Shown piece by piece: positions 34,634 to 45,840 of a stretch of DNA of 64,000 nt. Numbering within the stretch: the first letter of the stretch is position 1; every line of letters begins with the position of its first letter. The notes beneath the pieces were generated by a model. It made no database searches. It saw only the letters and a list, made by a program, of their open reading frames with translations, and was not told the DNA's origin. The position numbers and the translations under genes were made by a program. Location: assembly GCA_054600435.1 (NCBI GenBank), contig BAAIJX010000003.1:1-64000 (forward strand), in the 5' to 3' direction. Origin of the DNA: Neophaeotheca triangularis (Eukaryota).

Positions 34634-35407
34634 CGGAGGTAGTGGAGGTAGTGCGCCAGCAACACCTCGGAGGGCAGTAAGGTATGCTTGGTATTTTTGC
34701 GGGCGTCTTGGCAATTACGAAAAGAGCGGACAAAACCGGAACAGCGCCGGTTGACCGCCAACTCGGGACAGCGAGAGGGTGGGTGGCGATCAGTTATTAT
34801 CATGCTATGACACTGCAAGTGTTACTGTAAGAAAGTCACATGAGCAGCATATGCAGTGCTTGTCGAAATCCGTCATGAGTTCTACCTTAGTAGTACCGCT
34901 CGAGGAAATGACGAGAATGGGAGGGGAGGACGTCTCCTCTCTAGAACGGGCATGCAGGTGCAGGACCAATCTGGAAGAACGACGGGGAGGCCCGTCTTGG
35001 CTCAGCCCTACACTACCGCGATAACCCTGGATACCTACCTAGGTAAGGTTGCATCTTGCATATCCCCCACTGCCCCGCATCTCTACCAAGGTACTTGGCC
35101 GTCTACTTTTAGTGTCTCATTTTCTTAATAAGGAGGTAGAAAGGTCTACTTATTAGGTATGTTAGGTATGTTATTAGGTACCGTACCTGGCTTCTAATAA
35201 TATGTACCAAGACGGCCGAGGATAGGCAGAACCCTCCTCAATCTCACTCAACCGTCACTAATAAATCCACGAGCGAGCCATCACTCTGCGCTCGGGGCGC
35301 ATTGCAAACCGCGTGGCTTACGTGGCTTGGTGTATAAGCATTAGAACAAAGACGAGCGAGCGGTAGGAGATTTGGTCTTCGTCTTGGTCCTAATTCTCAA
35401 CCTTCCA

Positions 35408-36747
35408 TTATGACTTCCCTTTCTTCCCCTCAACCTCAGCAACCAACCCCAGAACCTCCTGCTCCGCCATCCAAGCCCTAACACTCTTCATAACACGCTC
35501 CAAAGCCAATCCCCCCTCCAAAACCTCATCCAAATTCCTAACATCCAACCCACTCCTATGATCACTGACCCTCTGCTGCCCCCAATTATACGTCCGCACC
35601 TTATGCTCCCTGCCCACTCTCCCAGCACCAGCACCCCGTCTCGCCTTGGCCGCCTCCTCTTCCCTTGCCTCCCTTTTCCCTTGCGCCAATCTTGATCGCA
35701 GCAGCTGCCAAGCTTTCTCCCGGTTCTTGGGTTGTGAGCGGAACTCTTGCATAGCCACCACCGTCCCCGTGGGCAAGTGCGTCAGCCGCACGGCCGAGTC
35801 GGTGGTATTGACGTGTTGCCCTCCCGCGCCGCGTGAGCGCATAGTCTCCGAGCGCACAGTTGTCGGGTCGACGTAGTAATCGCTGTTGGGGTCGTTCTCC
35901 GCCAGATCCTCCGCGCCGTTGGACGGTATCGAAGGCAGCACGAGCACACTAGCGGCACTTGTGTGTGTTCGCCCTTTACTCTCCGTAGCCGGCACGCGCT
36001 GAACGCGGTGGACGCCAGCCTCACAACGCAAGACCCCATACGCGCCCGGTGTGTCTATCTCTAGCACGGCTTCCTGCACATGCTCGCTCCCTGAAGCGCC
36101 CGAGGAGCTGCTGCCAACTCCATCGGCCGTCTCATATTTCAGCCGCGCGCTGCGGAGGTTGTTGGCGGCGCAGTAGGCCTCGTACATGCGGACGAGGTCG
36201 CTAGCAAAGAGGGCAGCCTCGTCGCCGCCAGCGCCGGGGCGGATTTCGATGAGGCAGGGAAGGTGGGCGAAAGGGTGGACGGGGATGAGGCTGGTTTTGA
36301 GGGCTGTGGTTGCTGCTTCGATGCTCTCGTGGGTGGGTTGGACATCGTCTTCGGCCAGTTCGCGAAGTTCTTTGTCTTTGGATTTAAGTAAAGTTTGTAG
36401 CTCTTCTAGTGTCGACAGGGCCTTCTCGTAGTCTTTCAAGGCGGTGGTCGTTGAGACTGTCTCGCCCAACTTCTTCGCTGCGGTGGCATCGTAGTCGGAT
36501 GCGAGCTTTTCCGTGAGGGCCGCATTCTCTTCTGCAATCGCTCGTGCTCTAGAGAGCAAGGCTGGTGATATGCCACCATTGGCCGTTGCTATGGGGGGAG
36601 TGTCAGTACGATTTCCTCGTGTCGATGTGAGCGTCGCATTGACGTACATGAACTTTGCTGACGCGCTATTTGCCAACGGCGGCCGAGCGACGGCCTGAGA
36701 CGGCGCATGCATTGAGCGCATGTCCAGGGAATGCTGACAGTAGACAT
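35408..36747 (-). CDS. MRF1: Mitochondrial peptide chain release factor 1; intron 36589-36647
   Basis: EIRPGAGGDEA, EAGVHRVQRVPATE (PxT), GAGGQHVNTTDSAVR (GGQ); spliced Arg-rich presequence MSTVSIPWTCAQCMRRLR. Confidence 0.9.
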
Positions 36748-37225
36748 TGTGTTGCGAGTTGTAAGAAGGAAGCTGGATCGGGGAAGAAACACGCATTAGG
36801 GTTAGAGTTACGAAGTACGACATTAGAGACGCAGGAAAACCATCGATTACAGCAGGGCAAATAACTATCTAAGTGGGCCATCTTCAGTGAAGACTAACTC
36901 TAGCGCAGAAGGGGGTTATAACACCTGGATTTGACAACCCAGAATAAACAATGTTCTCACAGCGAGGTTAGGCGAGTGGCTCAAGACTTGAAAGCTGAGG
37001 CGAAGAAAGAATGGTTAATACAGCACACTTAACTTGAAAACAACATTCATTAACAATTATCCACATCCCCACTCCCATACAATGCCCAAGACCCGCAGCA
37101 ATGGTATACCAAAACAAGTAACGAGCCCTCGCAAAAAGAAACGACTGGTACACAACTCTCCCCCGATGACAACAAAACAGCGCCACCCAGCGACCTCGAC
37201 TCATCAATCCCACCTGCCTACCTTC

Positions 37226-37785
37226 TCACTTCCCCAAAATAGATCTTCTTGCTGGCGAGAAATCCCAATCTAAACCCGAGGTCGGAAGATCCACACCCAG
37301 CCGATCAGGCGCCGGGACCGAGACAAGTGACGAGGGAGACTGTCCAGACTGGGAAGGTGAAGGGGAGCGTAGTGGCGATTGAGATGGCGATGCGGAGGGA
37401 CGATGAAGAAAACTCGCGAACTCGTCGAAATTGGGAGCCGGGACAGGGGAATACTGGGAAGGGAGTTGCTGGGATTTGGTTTCGGGAGTTCGGGGTTCGG
37501 GATTGGAAGGAACAGGTTCCGCAGCGGGCGATGAAGGGCGTGTAGGAGGTTCAGGTTCGGTGAGTCGGGACGTCGAGCGTGCAAGCCATCGCCGAAGTTT
37601 TGAACGTGGAGTTGCGTCAGCATGGGCCGTCGAAGATGTCGCTGATGGCTGTAGGCTATCGGTACTAAACCCAACCGAACAGCCTTGCTCGCGATCATCA
37701 ACATCAACTTCCGACTCCTCCACAACTGCCTCTTTGCCGCGAGAGCTTTTTGAACGACCAGACAGTCTGAAACGTGAAGCCGGCA
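37226..37785 (-). CDS. Ser/Pro-rich reading frame, probably an alternative last exon of the CBM48 gene
   Basis: No ATG start; preceded by CTGAC branch site and TAG acceptor; phase matches the GTAAGC donor at 38107. Confidence 0.5.
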
Positions 37786-37910
37786 CTAGTCAGCCAAAGA
37801 CCAGCGAAACCGTACTCCATACTGCGACAAAGCAAAGAAGAGGGGATAAATTATGCAGTACCGGACAGAAAAGGAGAAGATAGATATACAAGGCCAAGAT
37901 GGGTCAGAAT

Positions 37911-40900
37911 CTAGGACTTGAGCTTATCTTTGATCCTGCCGAACAAGCTGCGCCTCTTGTCTTTCTTGCTGTCATTGTTGCTCCTGTTGCTGCTAGCTGT
38001 GCGCTGGCTCGCCGGACTATCCTTGGGCTTGCTGTTGTCTGGGAGCTGGCTCTTTTGCTTTTGAGGCGTCGAGGCTTCGGCGGCTGGTGGATCGTTTTCT
38101 TGCTTACCGAAGGGGTGAGCGTTGGCGAGTGTCTCTTTGGTGTTGGCAGACGTCTCCTTGGCAGGAGTCTTGCTAGAGTCGACGCCGGTGGTCACGGTAG
38201 GCTCCTCTTGCTGTGGTTGGCTTTGATTGGTTGCAGGGCGGGACATGGGAGAGACATCACGGCTGTCTTGGGGCTGTTGTTGCTCTGGTGTCTCGAGGCC
38301 GCCAGTTGTGGCGACAGGGACCTTGGCAGGAGTCTCAGCCGAAGCGTTCAGTGCAGAGTCATCACCTTGCTTGCCGCTCTCCATGGAGATTGGCGCAACG
38401 CTGGCGGTTGGGTCGTCCAGCTGGGGTGCGCCAGAATCCGCGGGAGCCTTGCTTGATTCAACGCCGGTAGTAACCACAGGCTGGCTCTGTGTCATGGTGT
38501 CGGTGGTCTTTTCAGGCATTTGGGAAACGATACGGTCCTCCTGTTGCATCGGGGTCTCCAGACCGCCAGTGGTCGCTACTGGAACCCTGGCAGGGTCTTC
38601 GGCCGAGGCGTTGAGGGCGCTAGATTCTACAGCAGGAGCGGTTGCGGTAACGGAAATGGGAGCTTTGCTGGACTCGACACCGGTGGTGATGACAGGCTCT
38701 CTCTGCGTAGTGGTGTCGGTGGCCCTCTCTGGCATCTGCGAAACGATGCGGTCCTCCTGTTGCAGTGGTGTATCAAGACCGCTTGTGGTCGCGACGGGGA
38801 CCCTGGCAGGCGTCTCGGAGGAGGCGTTGAGGCCAGTTCCCTGGGCAGCCTTCTCGTTGTCCATCGATAGGGGTGCGACACCGGAGGTAGGGTCGTTAAG
38901 CTGAGGAGCACCCGAGCCTTCTACTGGTGCACCTGGGGCAGTGGCAGACAAAGCAGCCGATGTTGTGGGTGCCGGCTCTCCAGCTTCATCCGCGGGCGGA
39001 ACTCTGGCAGCCAACTCCCGCTCCATGTCGTTCTTCTCCCTGACCATTTCCGGGTCGGCAGAGGCCTCTGGCGAGAACCCAGCTTCCTTCTGCGATGTAA
39101 CCACCTCTTCTGGTACGCCAGTGACTGCATCCGTTGTCTGTCCCGCTGGCGCAGTAATGCCTCCTCCGACTTCGGTCTGCCGTGGGATGTTGCTCTCGCT
39201 GGTGAGGTGGGATAGCACAGGAGCACCTGCGCCCACATCCGCCGACTTCTTGTTCATGCCGTCGATGCTCTGCTGTACAGACTCCGGAAGGACAGATACT
39301 GGGTCTCTGCCGGTGGTCTCGGTGGTCTTCTCACGCAGAGTATGCGCAGCGCCAGTGGCAGCATCAGCGGCGATGGCAGCTCCCCCAGCGGCCACACCCG
39401 CAATCCCATGCTCGCTCTTACCAAGGAGACCGGACTCGCTTGTTGACGGCTCTTTTGGCACCTTCTGCTTAAGCTCCGTCTCAAAGTCCTTCTTTTCAGC
39501 CACGGCCTCGCTGTTCGCGGCAGCTTCACGTCCTTGTCCAGCTTTGTCCTGACTGTCTTCAACAAGCCCCGGCACACCACGAGCCTGCAGTGGCTGTTCG
39601 CCCGCCAGTTGAGCGGTGGTACTGCCCGGGGCAGCAGAGAAGACACCGTACTCGCTCTTGCCAATGATGCCCGACTCGCTCGTCGAGGGCTGTTCTGGCA
39701 CCTTTTGCTTCAACTCTGCCTCCATGTCTTGCTTGTCGACGACAGTGTCCTCGTTGCCGGAAGCTTCACGCGCGCTTCCAGCCTTGTCCTGGCTCTCGCC
39801 TACTCGCTCCGGTGCACTGAGAGCTTCCAATGGCTGTTGACCAGCAAGCTGAGCAGTGGTACTACCGGAAGCTGCAGAGACGACACCGTACTCGCTCTTA
39901 CCCATAGCACCCGACTCGCTTGTAGAGGGTTGCTCTTGCACGCTCTGCTTCAACTCAGCCTCCATATCCTTCTTGTCGGCCACAGCATCCTCGTTGCCAG
40001 AGGCTTCACGCGCGCTCCCAGCCTTGTCCTGGCTCTCGCCAACACGCTCAGGGACGCTAAGAGCCTCCAATGGCTGCTGACCGGCAAGCTGAGCTGTAGT
40101 ACTACCGGGAGCAGCAGAAGAGATGGTGGGTCCAGCGTCGAGTTGGCCAGCCGCGGTACTGCCCATTGGCAAGCTTGACTCTGGGATCATGTTAGTGGTC
40201 TGAGGTCCGAGGCCGAACATGCCGACGCCGCCAGCTTCGCGCTCGCTTTGAGGGCTCAGGACCGGTGGCAGAACGGGAGCGCCGCTGATACTGTGGGTCG
40301 TCTCCGTCTCCTTACCAGTCTCGGCGGGTGTTTCTGGGAACGCACCGGGAGGAGAGCTCCTAGATTCAAGGGGCTGTTGGCCTGCCATTTCGGTTGTGCT
40401 GGGAAAGAGTCAGCAGATGACAAATGAGTCGGACATTGGTAGACCTACGAAGCACCAGGGGCGACAGAAGACATCATGCCAACACCAGATGTGGAAAGAT
40501 TGCCGGGGTACAGCACATTGTTCACGTTGCCCTCGGCATCCGGCTCAGTCTGGGCGCTATGGTCGGTGTTCCAGACGTCGTCGGCGACAAACTACGGGAG
40601 AAGTGTCAGCAGGTTCCCAGACCCTCATTGTCCCTTCACACGGCATGCCCCTCGTCCAACCCCGAATCTTACACACCTTGTAGAAGATCTTGTCCTCGGA
40701 GGGCAGCTCGACGGTCTTCTGGAACACGCCGTTGTTCTCGTCGAGCTTGACGGTCTTTCCCCAGTTGTCGAAGGTTCCGGTCACATAAACTTCTTTGGCG
40801 GGATGTTCCCTAGTAGCGGTGCGTCAGTACGGATGCCGAGAGGAGGTAGTAGTGCCAGGAGAGTAGGCGGAAGCTCCAGGCAGAAACGCGCGCAATTTTC

Positions 40901-40975
40901 TAAGCCTTCCAGCTTCCCCTCGTCCTGTCCGGCTAAGAGTTACGGTACTCACCACCTGAACGTGTAGCTACCCAT
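37911..40975 (-). CDS. AMPK1_CBM/CBM48 glycogen-binding-domain protein (Crp1/Mdg1-like) with a long repetitive tail; multi-exon
   Basis: Spliced N-terminus MGSYTFRW-EHPAKEVYVTGTFDNW...IFYK-FVADDVWNTD...GNVNNVL; repeated STTAQLAGQQPLE; C-terminal KKDKRRSLFGRIKDKLKS. Confidence 0.85.
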
Positions 40976-41886
40976 GGTAGTAGCTACTCGTGGCTTGTGC
41001 GGTGTGTTGGAAGTTGACTTGGTCGCTGTTGGTGGTGGTGGTGGTGGTTGTGGTTGTGGTTGTGGTGGAGATGGTGGTGACGGTGACGGTGAGGGCGGTG
41101 AACGCTCCCGAATGAATGCGCGACGGTAAGCAAACAGGCAGTAGAGCAGTTGAAGTAATATGTACAGGGGTATGAGGCGCAGGAGGTATGAAGTTGCAGA
41201 GTTGGCAGGCTGACCAGGAGGGAACAGAAGAGTCGAAAGCGAAAGCTTCACGTTTCGTGCTGGAGCTCGGATCACTTGGTTACGCCATAAGCGAGCGGCT
41301 ACCTCTAGTACGCGGGGCGAAGAGGAAGATGACATTGGATGGTGGTTTCGTGCGAGATAGTAGTAGTAATAAAGACGACGGATGCGGGCATGGTTCTGTG
41401 GTAGGTGGTAAGGTAATATTCAGAGATATTCGGGACTTGTTCCTTGTAACAGTAGGTAGTAGTAGGTATGGGAAAAGATATCACAAATAATGTACGGCCA
41501 TTGGATACTGCTAGACATGCTGCTCAAGCGGTGAGTAGTAAAAACAAGAACAAGTTATCTACTACTTACAGTAAGTTACCTACCTACCTACTAACTAGTA
41601 GGTGGACGGGCTGGGAAGTCTGACGTCTCCCGTCGTTACCCATACAGACGCATACCTACCTTACCCCTCTAAATCCCCTCTCATCCCGAGGTTTAGATTC
41701 CACACGGCGAATGTGAGACTACACCGAGAAGGGATACATGTCGCTTTCGGGCATACTTTAGCGGTTGAGGAGTCACATCCACACGAAAAACAACCGCCTC
41801 ACCCCGAGGGCGAGCTGATCATACATACTATTCAACGAAAAGTCCATTGATTGCCCCCCTTCCATCTACACACGAACCAATTTCAT

Positions 41887-43013
41887 TCACACCCACTCAG
41901 CATGCCAACTCAGCTTTCCCCTCCGAAAAGGTACAACCTCAACCTCCTTGCTCCCACTCTGCAACAAGTTCGGAATCTGCACCTTCTTACTCTTCAGCGC
42001 AATTCGCTCCTGCGTATCCGGCGCCCGGTAAAACCCCCTGCCAAACGCCCCCAAAAAGCCCTCCAACTTCTCCTGAGTCACATCCTCTGCATCGATAACC
42101 TTCATCTCCACCGCCATCTCCAGCGCATCGATGACTAAACCGACGGCATTGGGTTGCGTGAACACGCCCGCGGCTACTTTGTCGCCGCGCTTGGAAATGG
42201 CTGGGTGAGGGGCGGAATCTGTGCCTAGGAAGAATTTCGGGTTGCCGGACACGGCTGTTCTGAGCAGGGCTCTGCGGTCGGCAGGTGTCTTGGCCACGGG
42301 TTTGCAGAAGCAGTGCGGGTCACCTGCCCAATCATCGACGGTCATGAAGAGATGATGAGCAGTGAGAGTAGCGACGACGTTTGGACCGCAGGACTTTACC
42401 GCCTCGATGGCCGCTTCTGAAGTGCAGTGTTCGAGAATAATGCGGAGGTCTGGGAAGCGTTTGTGCAGGTCTAGTAGAGTGGGAAGAAAGGACTCTTCGG
42501 CGTTGAGAACGGTAATGTCTTTGCCCGAGGTCGGAGGGAGCTCGCCGTGAAGGTTCAAGACTATGTTTTGGCGTTGCATTTCCTCGAAGACGGGGTAGAA
42601 CTGTTCGTAGGAGACCACCCCGTGCGAAGAGTTGGTCGTGACTCCGTGCGGGTAAGACTTGATACCAATGATACCACGTTGTTTCGCTTCGATTACGGTC
42701 TCGGGGGAGATGTTGGGGTGGAGGTAAAGGGACATGAGGAAGGTGACGCCTGGTGCTAGTTCCTCCAGGCGCTGCTTGTAATCGAGAGCGTGCGGGACGG
42801 TGGTGATGGGTGGCACGAGGTTTGGCATCACATAGACTGTGTTGACGCCTCCCTGGCGGATCGTAGGTCTAACGAAAGTCAGTGTGGATTTCTAGCTGGA
42901 GCTGAACTGAGTGAGACTCACGCCACCAATTCCATCATTTCACCGTCTCGAAGGTGTACGTGCATGTCAGCAGCACCCGGGAGTTCTACACCTTCGAGCT
43001 TCTCCAATGCCAT
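41887..43013 (-). CDS. URA4: Dihydroorotase (homodimeric type); intron 42869-42921
   Basis: DMHVHLRDG, VMPNLVPP, LNLHGE, LEHC, CKPVAK, FFLGTDSAPH; an alternative ATG lies at 43046. Confidence 0.93.
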
Positions 43014-43582
43014 TCCTAACGATTTCTTGCCCGGCGGTGACAGCATCTTGCTTGGTTTTGTGAAGATAGGCTATTAAAGGGGATTCTTGTGAGGTTTATC
43101 AGAGTCGGGCTGGATCTCCAAATACCGAGTAAGCCTCGAGGCTGAAAAGGGACGGCACAACGAGTGTGAGGCAGCTCTTGTTGACGATGATGATACTCGG
43201 CCTACCTGGACTGCCAAAGGAGGAGGAAGGAGTGTATGTATGTATGTATGTATGTACGTACATATACCTGTCTCTAGAGCTCCTACGTGCGATCGAATGA
43301 AGTCTTGTGGAGATGCGGCGGGATGGGATTCCAGCGCCAAGCCTCGTTGGTCGGTCGGTTGCAAGTGGTTCCTTCGCTTCCTTCGCTTTCCTTCGTCTCC
43401 GCTTCCAACTATTGTTAGTACGTACCTAGGTACTAGTACTCGGGTTGTTATTGTTGCTGCGTCTTGTGAAACCATCACGAAAAGGGGTAGAGATGTTCAG
43501 GAGGTAGTTAGGGTAAGTTGTAATAGTAACAATGAACTCCCCCCGTCCCAGCTTGTGCCCTCGTCTCAAGACAGCGACAACA

Positions 43583-43609
43583 ACGACGACGACGACGACG
43601 ACGACGACG
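43583..43609. repeat. (GAC)n microsatellite
   Basis: About 8 GAC units just upstream of the CorA-like ORF. Confidence 0.85.
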
Positions 43610-43625
43610 TCTACTACTTTCAAAA

Positions 43626-45449
43626 ATGTATCCCCGACAGCCGCCAAAACAAGCCAAAAACTACGAGGCAGATCCTCTATGGAACAGGAAGCTATTCACA
43701 CCCGCCCAACTCCTGGTCAACGACATACGACTCGAAACGTTCAGACCTCAAGGTGGACCACTCCTGGAGGTCGTAGAGCGTCTACCTTCCGATCTCGTAC
43801 CTTCAACCGCCGCCTTGACGCCATCTTCGGGCATCATTCGAGCCTCGGAGGCGGCTAGGAATCCCATAGAGCGACAACGCTTTACCGAACTCGAAGAGCA
43901 ATATGGCTGGCTCAAACACCTCAGACTGCAAAGCTATCAGCAGCATCAGTCCGACTCTGAACACGCGGCCAAGGTTCGCTGGATTCATTGCTCGTTCAAG
44001 GACCCAGAGTACATCCAAGGCTTCCTATTTGCCCTCTCTGGAGACCTGTCTACCATTTCTGAGTCGATGCGAATGCTACATCACGCCGTACAGCGGCACA
44101 CCCGATTCTCCAAGCACGGGGACTGCTTCGCGCCCTTTTTCCAATTGCTGCGAAGTGATGCGCACGATGGTACTGACCAATATCCTATGCTACTAAGTGT
44201 TCCATTCCTTGACTGGACCACTGAAGGTGAACCGCCGCCACTCCGTTTCCAAGCCGACAAGCGTGAGGGTCATGTGCGTCAGAAGCTTCACCCGATACGC
44301 TCTGTATTACAGCACCACTACCGGCTCGAGGACACTTCCGATAGGGAGAAGTCGCAGGTCTTTACCAAGCATCGGCCGTGGACCACTAACCGGGAAATGG
44401 ACCTCAAAACCAGACAATGGTATGGTCAGTATCCGAGCAGTTTGAATGTAGACGAGTTGTGGGTGCTTGCCATAGACGAGCAGCATTGCGTGACCTTTTC
44501 CACAAACCAGACATGGAAGTCAATATGGCCACCGTTTCAACTTCCAGCGCGCATTTCAGATGTCTCCTTCCGTGATATGAGAAACAATTTCTATTCGTCT
44601 TCAGACAAACGGGAATATACGGCCATGACACATGTACTGACCAGCTTGAGTGGCGCTGTGGGCATCACGATGCGCAATTTTTGGCCGGATTTGACTTTTT
44701 CCATCACCGATAGGTACGCTGGGTATCTGGAACATCTGCAATATCGCTTGCATCGGTCACCAAGTACCAAGCTGGTCATGGACCTCATCTCCTGTCAAGA
44801 GGAACTAAGCATTGTGATCGGGATTACACAACGGCAAATCGATATGATCACTGAACTTCAGTTGGCTTTGAGCGCGTGGGCAGCAACAAGAACAGTTCCA
44901 GAGGCTGCCGCTCTACCACACTCGCGCAGGCCATCGTCTTCGACGAACAATCGCCATCAGGCTGTTCACCGACAAATGTCATCGTCCCCGCTAACAGACC
45001 CTATCGCTCGTCTCCTCGACAACTTACAACGTGAACTGGTCGACCTCAGCGAACTCCGCGACAACACGGACAAACAAGTCACTCGCACCATTCAACTAGT
45101 CAATATCCGCCTGGAAGACCACGGTAAAGCCATCATCATCTTCACAATCGTGACCATCGTCTTCCTGCCCCTGAATTTTGTCACGAGCTTCTTTGGCATG
45201 AATTTCAGCGACATCCGCGACATGGCACAGACACAATCGCTTTTCTGGGCGGTTGCAGTATCTGTGACGGCTGTTGTTGTCGGTGGTTCGATGTTTTTGG
45301 CCTTTTATGGAGGCGACTTGGTCGAGAAGGTTGTCATTTGGAGGGACTCGCGGAGGGAGCGGCGAGGCAAATCCCCACTGACCCTCAAGCGTAGCAACAG
45401 ACGTGTAGGCGGCTCAAGGGCGAAAACAGACTCCAAGTCCCTGTGTTGA
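43626..45449 (+). CDS. Fungal CorA-like (GMN-motif) Mg2+ transporter family protein
   Basis: C-terminal coiled stalk plus FTIVTIVFLPLNFVTSFFGMN and a second TM helix; the 5' end is uncertain. Confidence 0.82.
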   Translation: MYPRQPPKQAKNYEADPLWNRKLFTPAQLLVNDIRLETFRPQGGPLLEVVERLPSDLVPSTAALTPSSGIIRASEAARNPIERQRFTELEEQYGWLKHLRLQSYQQHQSDSEHAAKVRWIHCSFKDPEYIQGFLFALSGDLSTISESMRMLHHAVQRHTRFSKHGDCFAPFFQLLRSDAHDGTDQYPMLLSVPFLDWTTEGEPPPLRFQADKREGHVRQKLHPIRSVLQHHYRLEDTSDREKSQVFTKHRPWTTNREMDLKTRQWYGQYPSSLNVDELWVLAIDEQHCVTFSTNQTWKSIWPPFQLPARISDVSFRDMRNNFYSSSDKREYTAMTHVLTSLSGAVGITMRNFWPDLTFSITDRYAGYLEHLQYRLHRSPSTKLVMDLISCQEELSIVIGITQRQIDMITELQLALSAWAATRTVPEAAALPHSRRPSSSTNNRHQAVHRQMSSSPLTDPIARLLDNLQRELVDLSELRDNTDKQVTRTIQLVNIRLEDHGKAIIIFTIVTIVFLPLNFVTSFFGMNFSDIRDMAQTQSLFWAVAVSVTAVVVGGSMFLAFYGGDLVEKVVIWRDSRRERRGKSPLTLKRSNRRVGGSRAKTDSKSLC

Positions 45450-45840
45450 GTGCGGACATAGTATCGGATACCTTGCCCGGGATAGTACCCAGTCCATTCC
45501 CCTAGATGATTGGCCGTCAGGGTGCCTGCATCTTGCCGACATTCTTGACCGCAATGTCCTGTAGCCAGCCGCCCTGCATAGCGCCAACGGATTCCTTTCC
45601 AAGACGCCGCACAGGCAAAGATGAAAGAACAGTAAACTTCAGGAGTAACGTTGCGCCAGAGACAAGCGACCGTTTTGCAGCAAATAATACCCCAAAGGAA
45701 CCCATTGCCTCATGGACACCATGCGGCAAAGGCAAGTTTGTCTAAGACAAATAAGTCCAAGCTTTATTCGCCATCATCCTTCCGCAGGAGACCTGAGCCT
45801 GTCTGGCACCATTATAATACCACATTCCCTCAGCCATCGT

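Noticed and set aside
34399..34818. ORFs with poly-Tyr/Thr/Leu/Ser runs
   Set aside because: Translations of the (AGT)n microsatellite.
35087..35092. CAAGGT (ZafA-like zinc-response element) upstream of the ZIP gene
   Set aside because: A single hexamer ~800 bp upstream is expected by chance.
38227..40178. Long plus-strand ORFs antisense to the CBM48 gene (and similar shadow ORFs elsewhere)
   Set aside because: Shadow frames of real genes caused by codon bias; no independent motifs.
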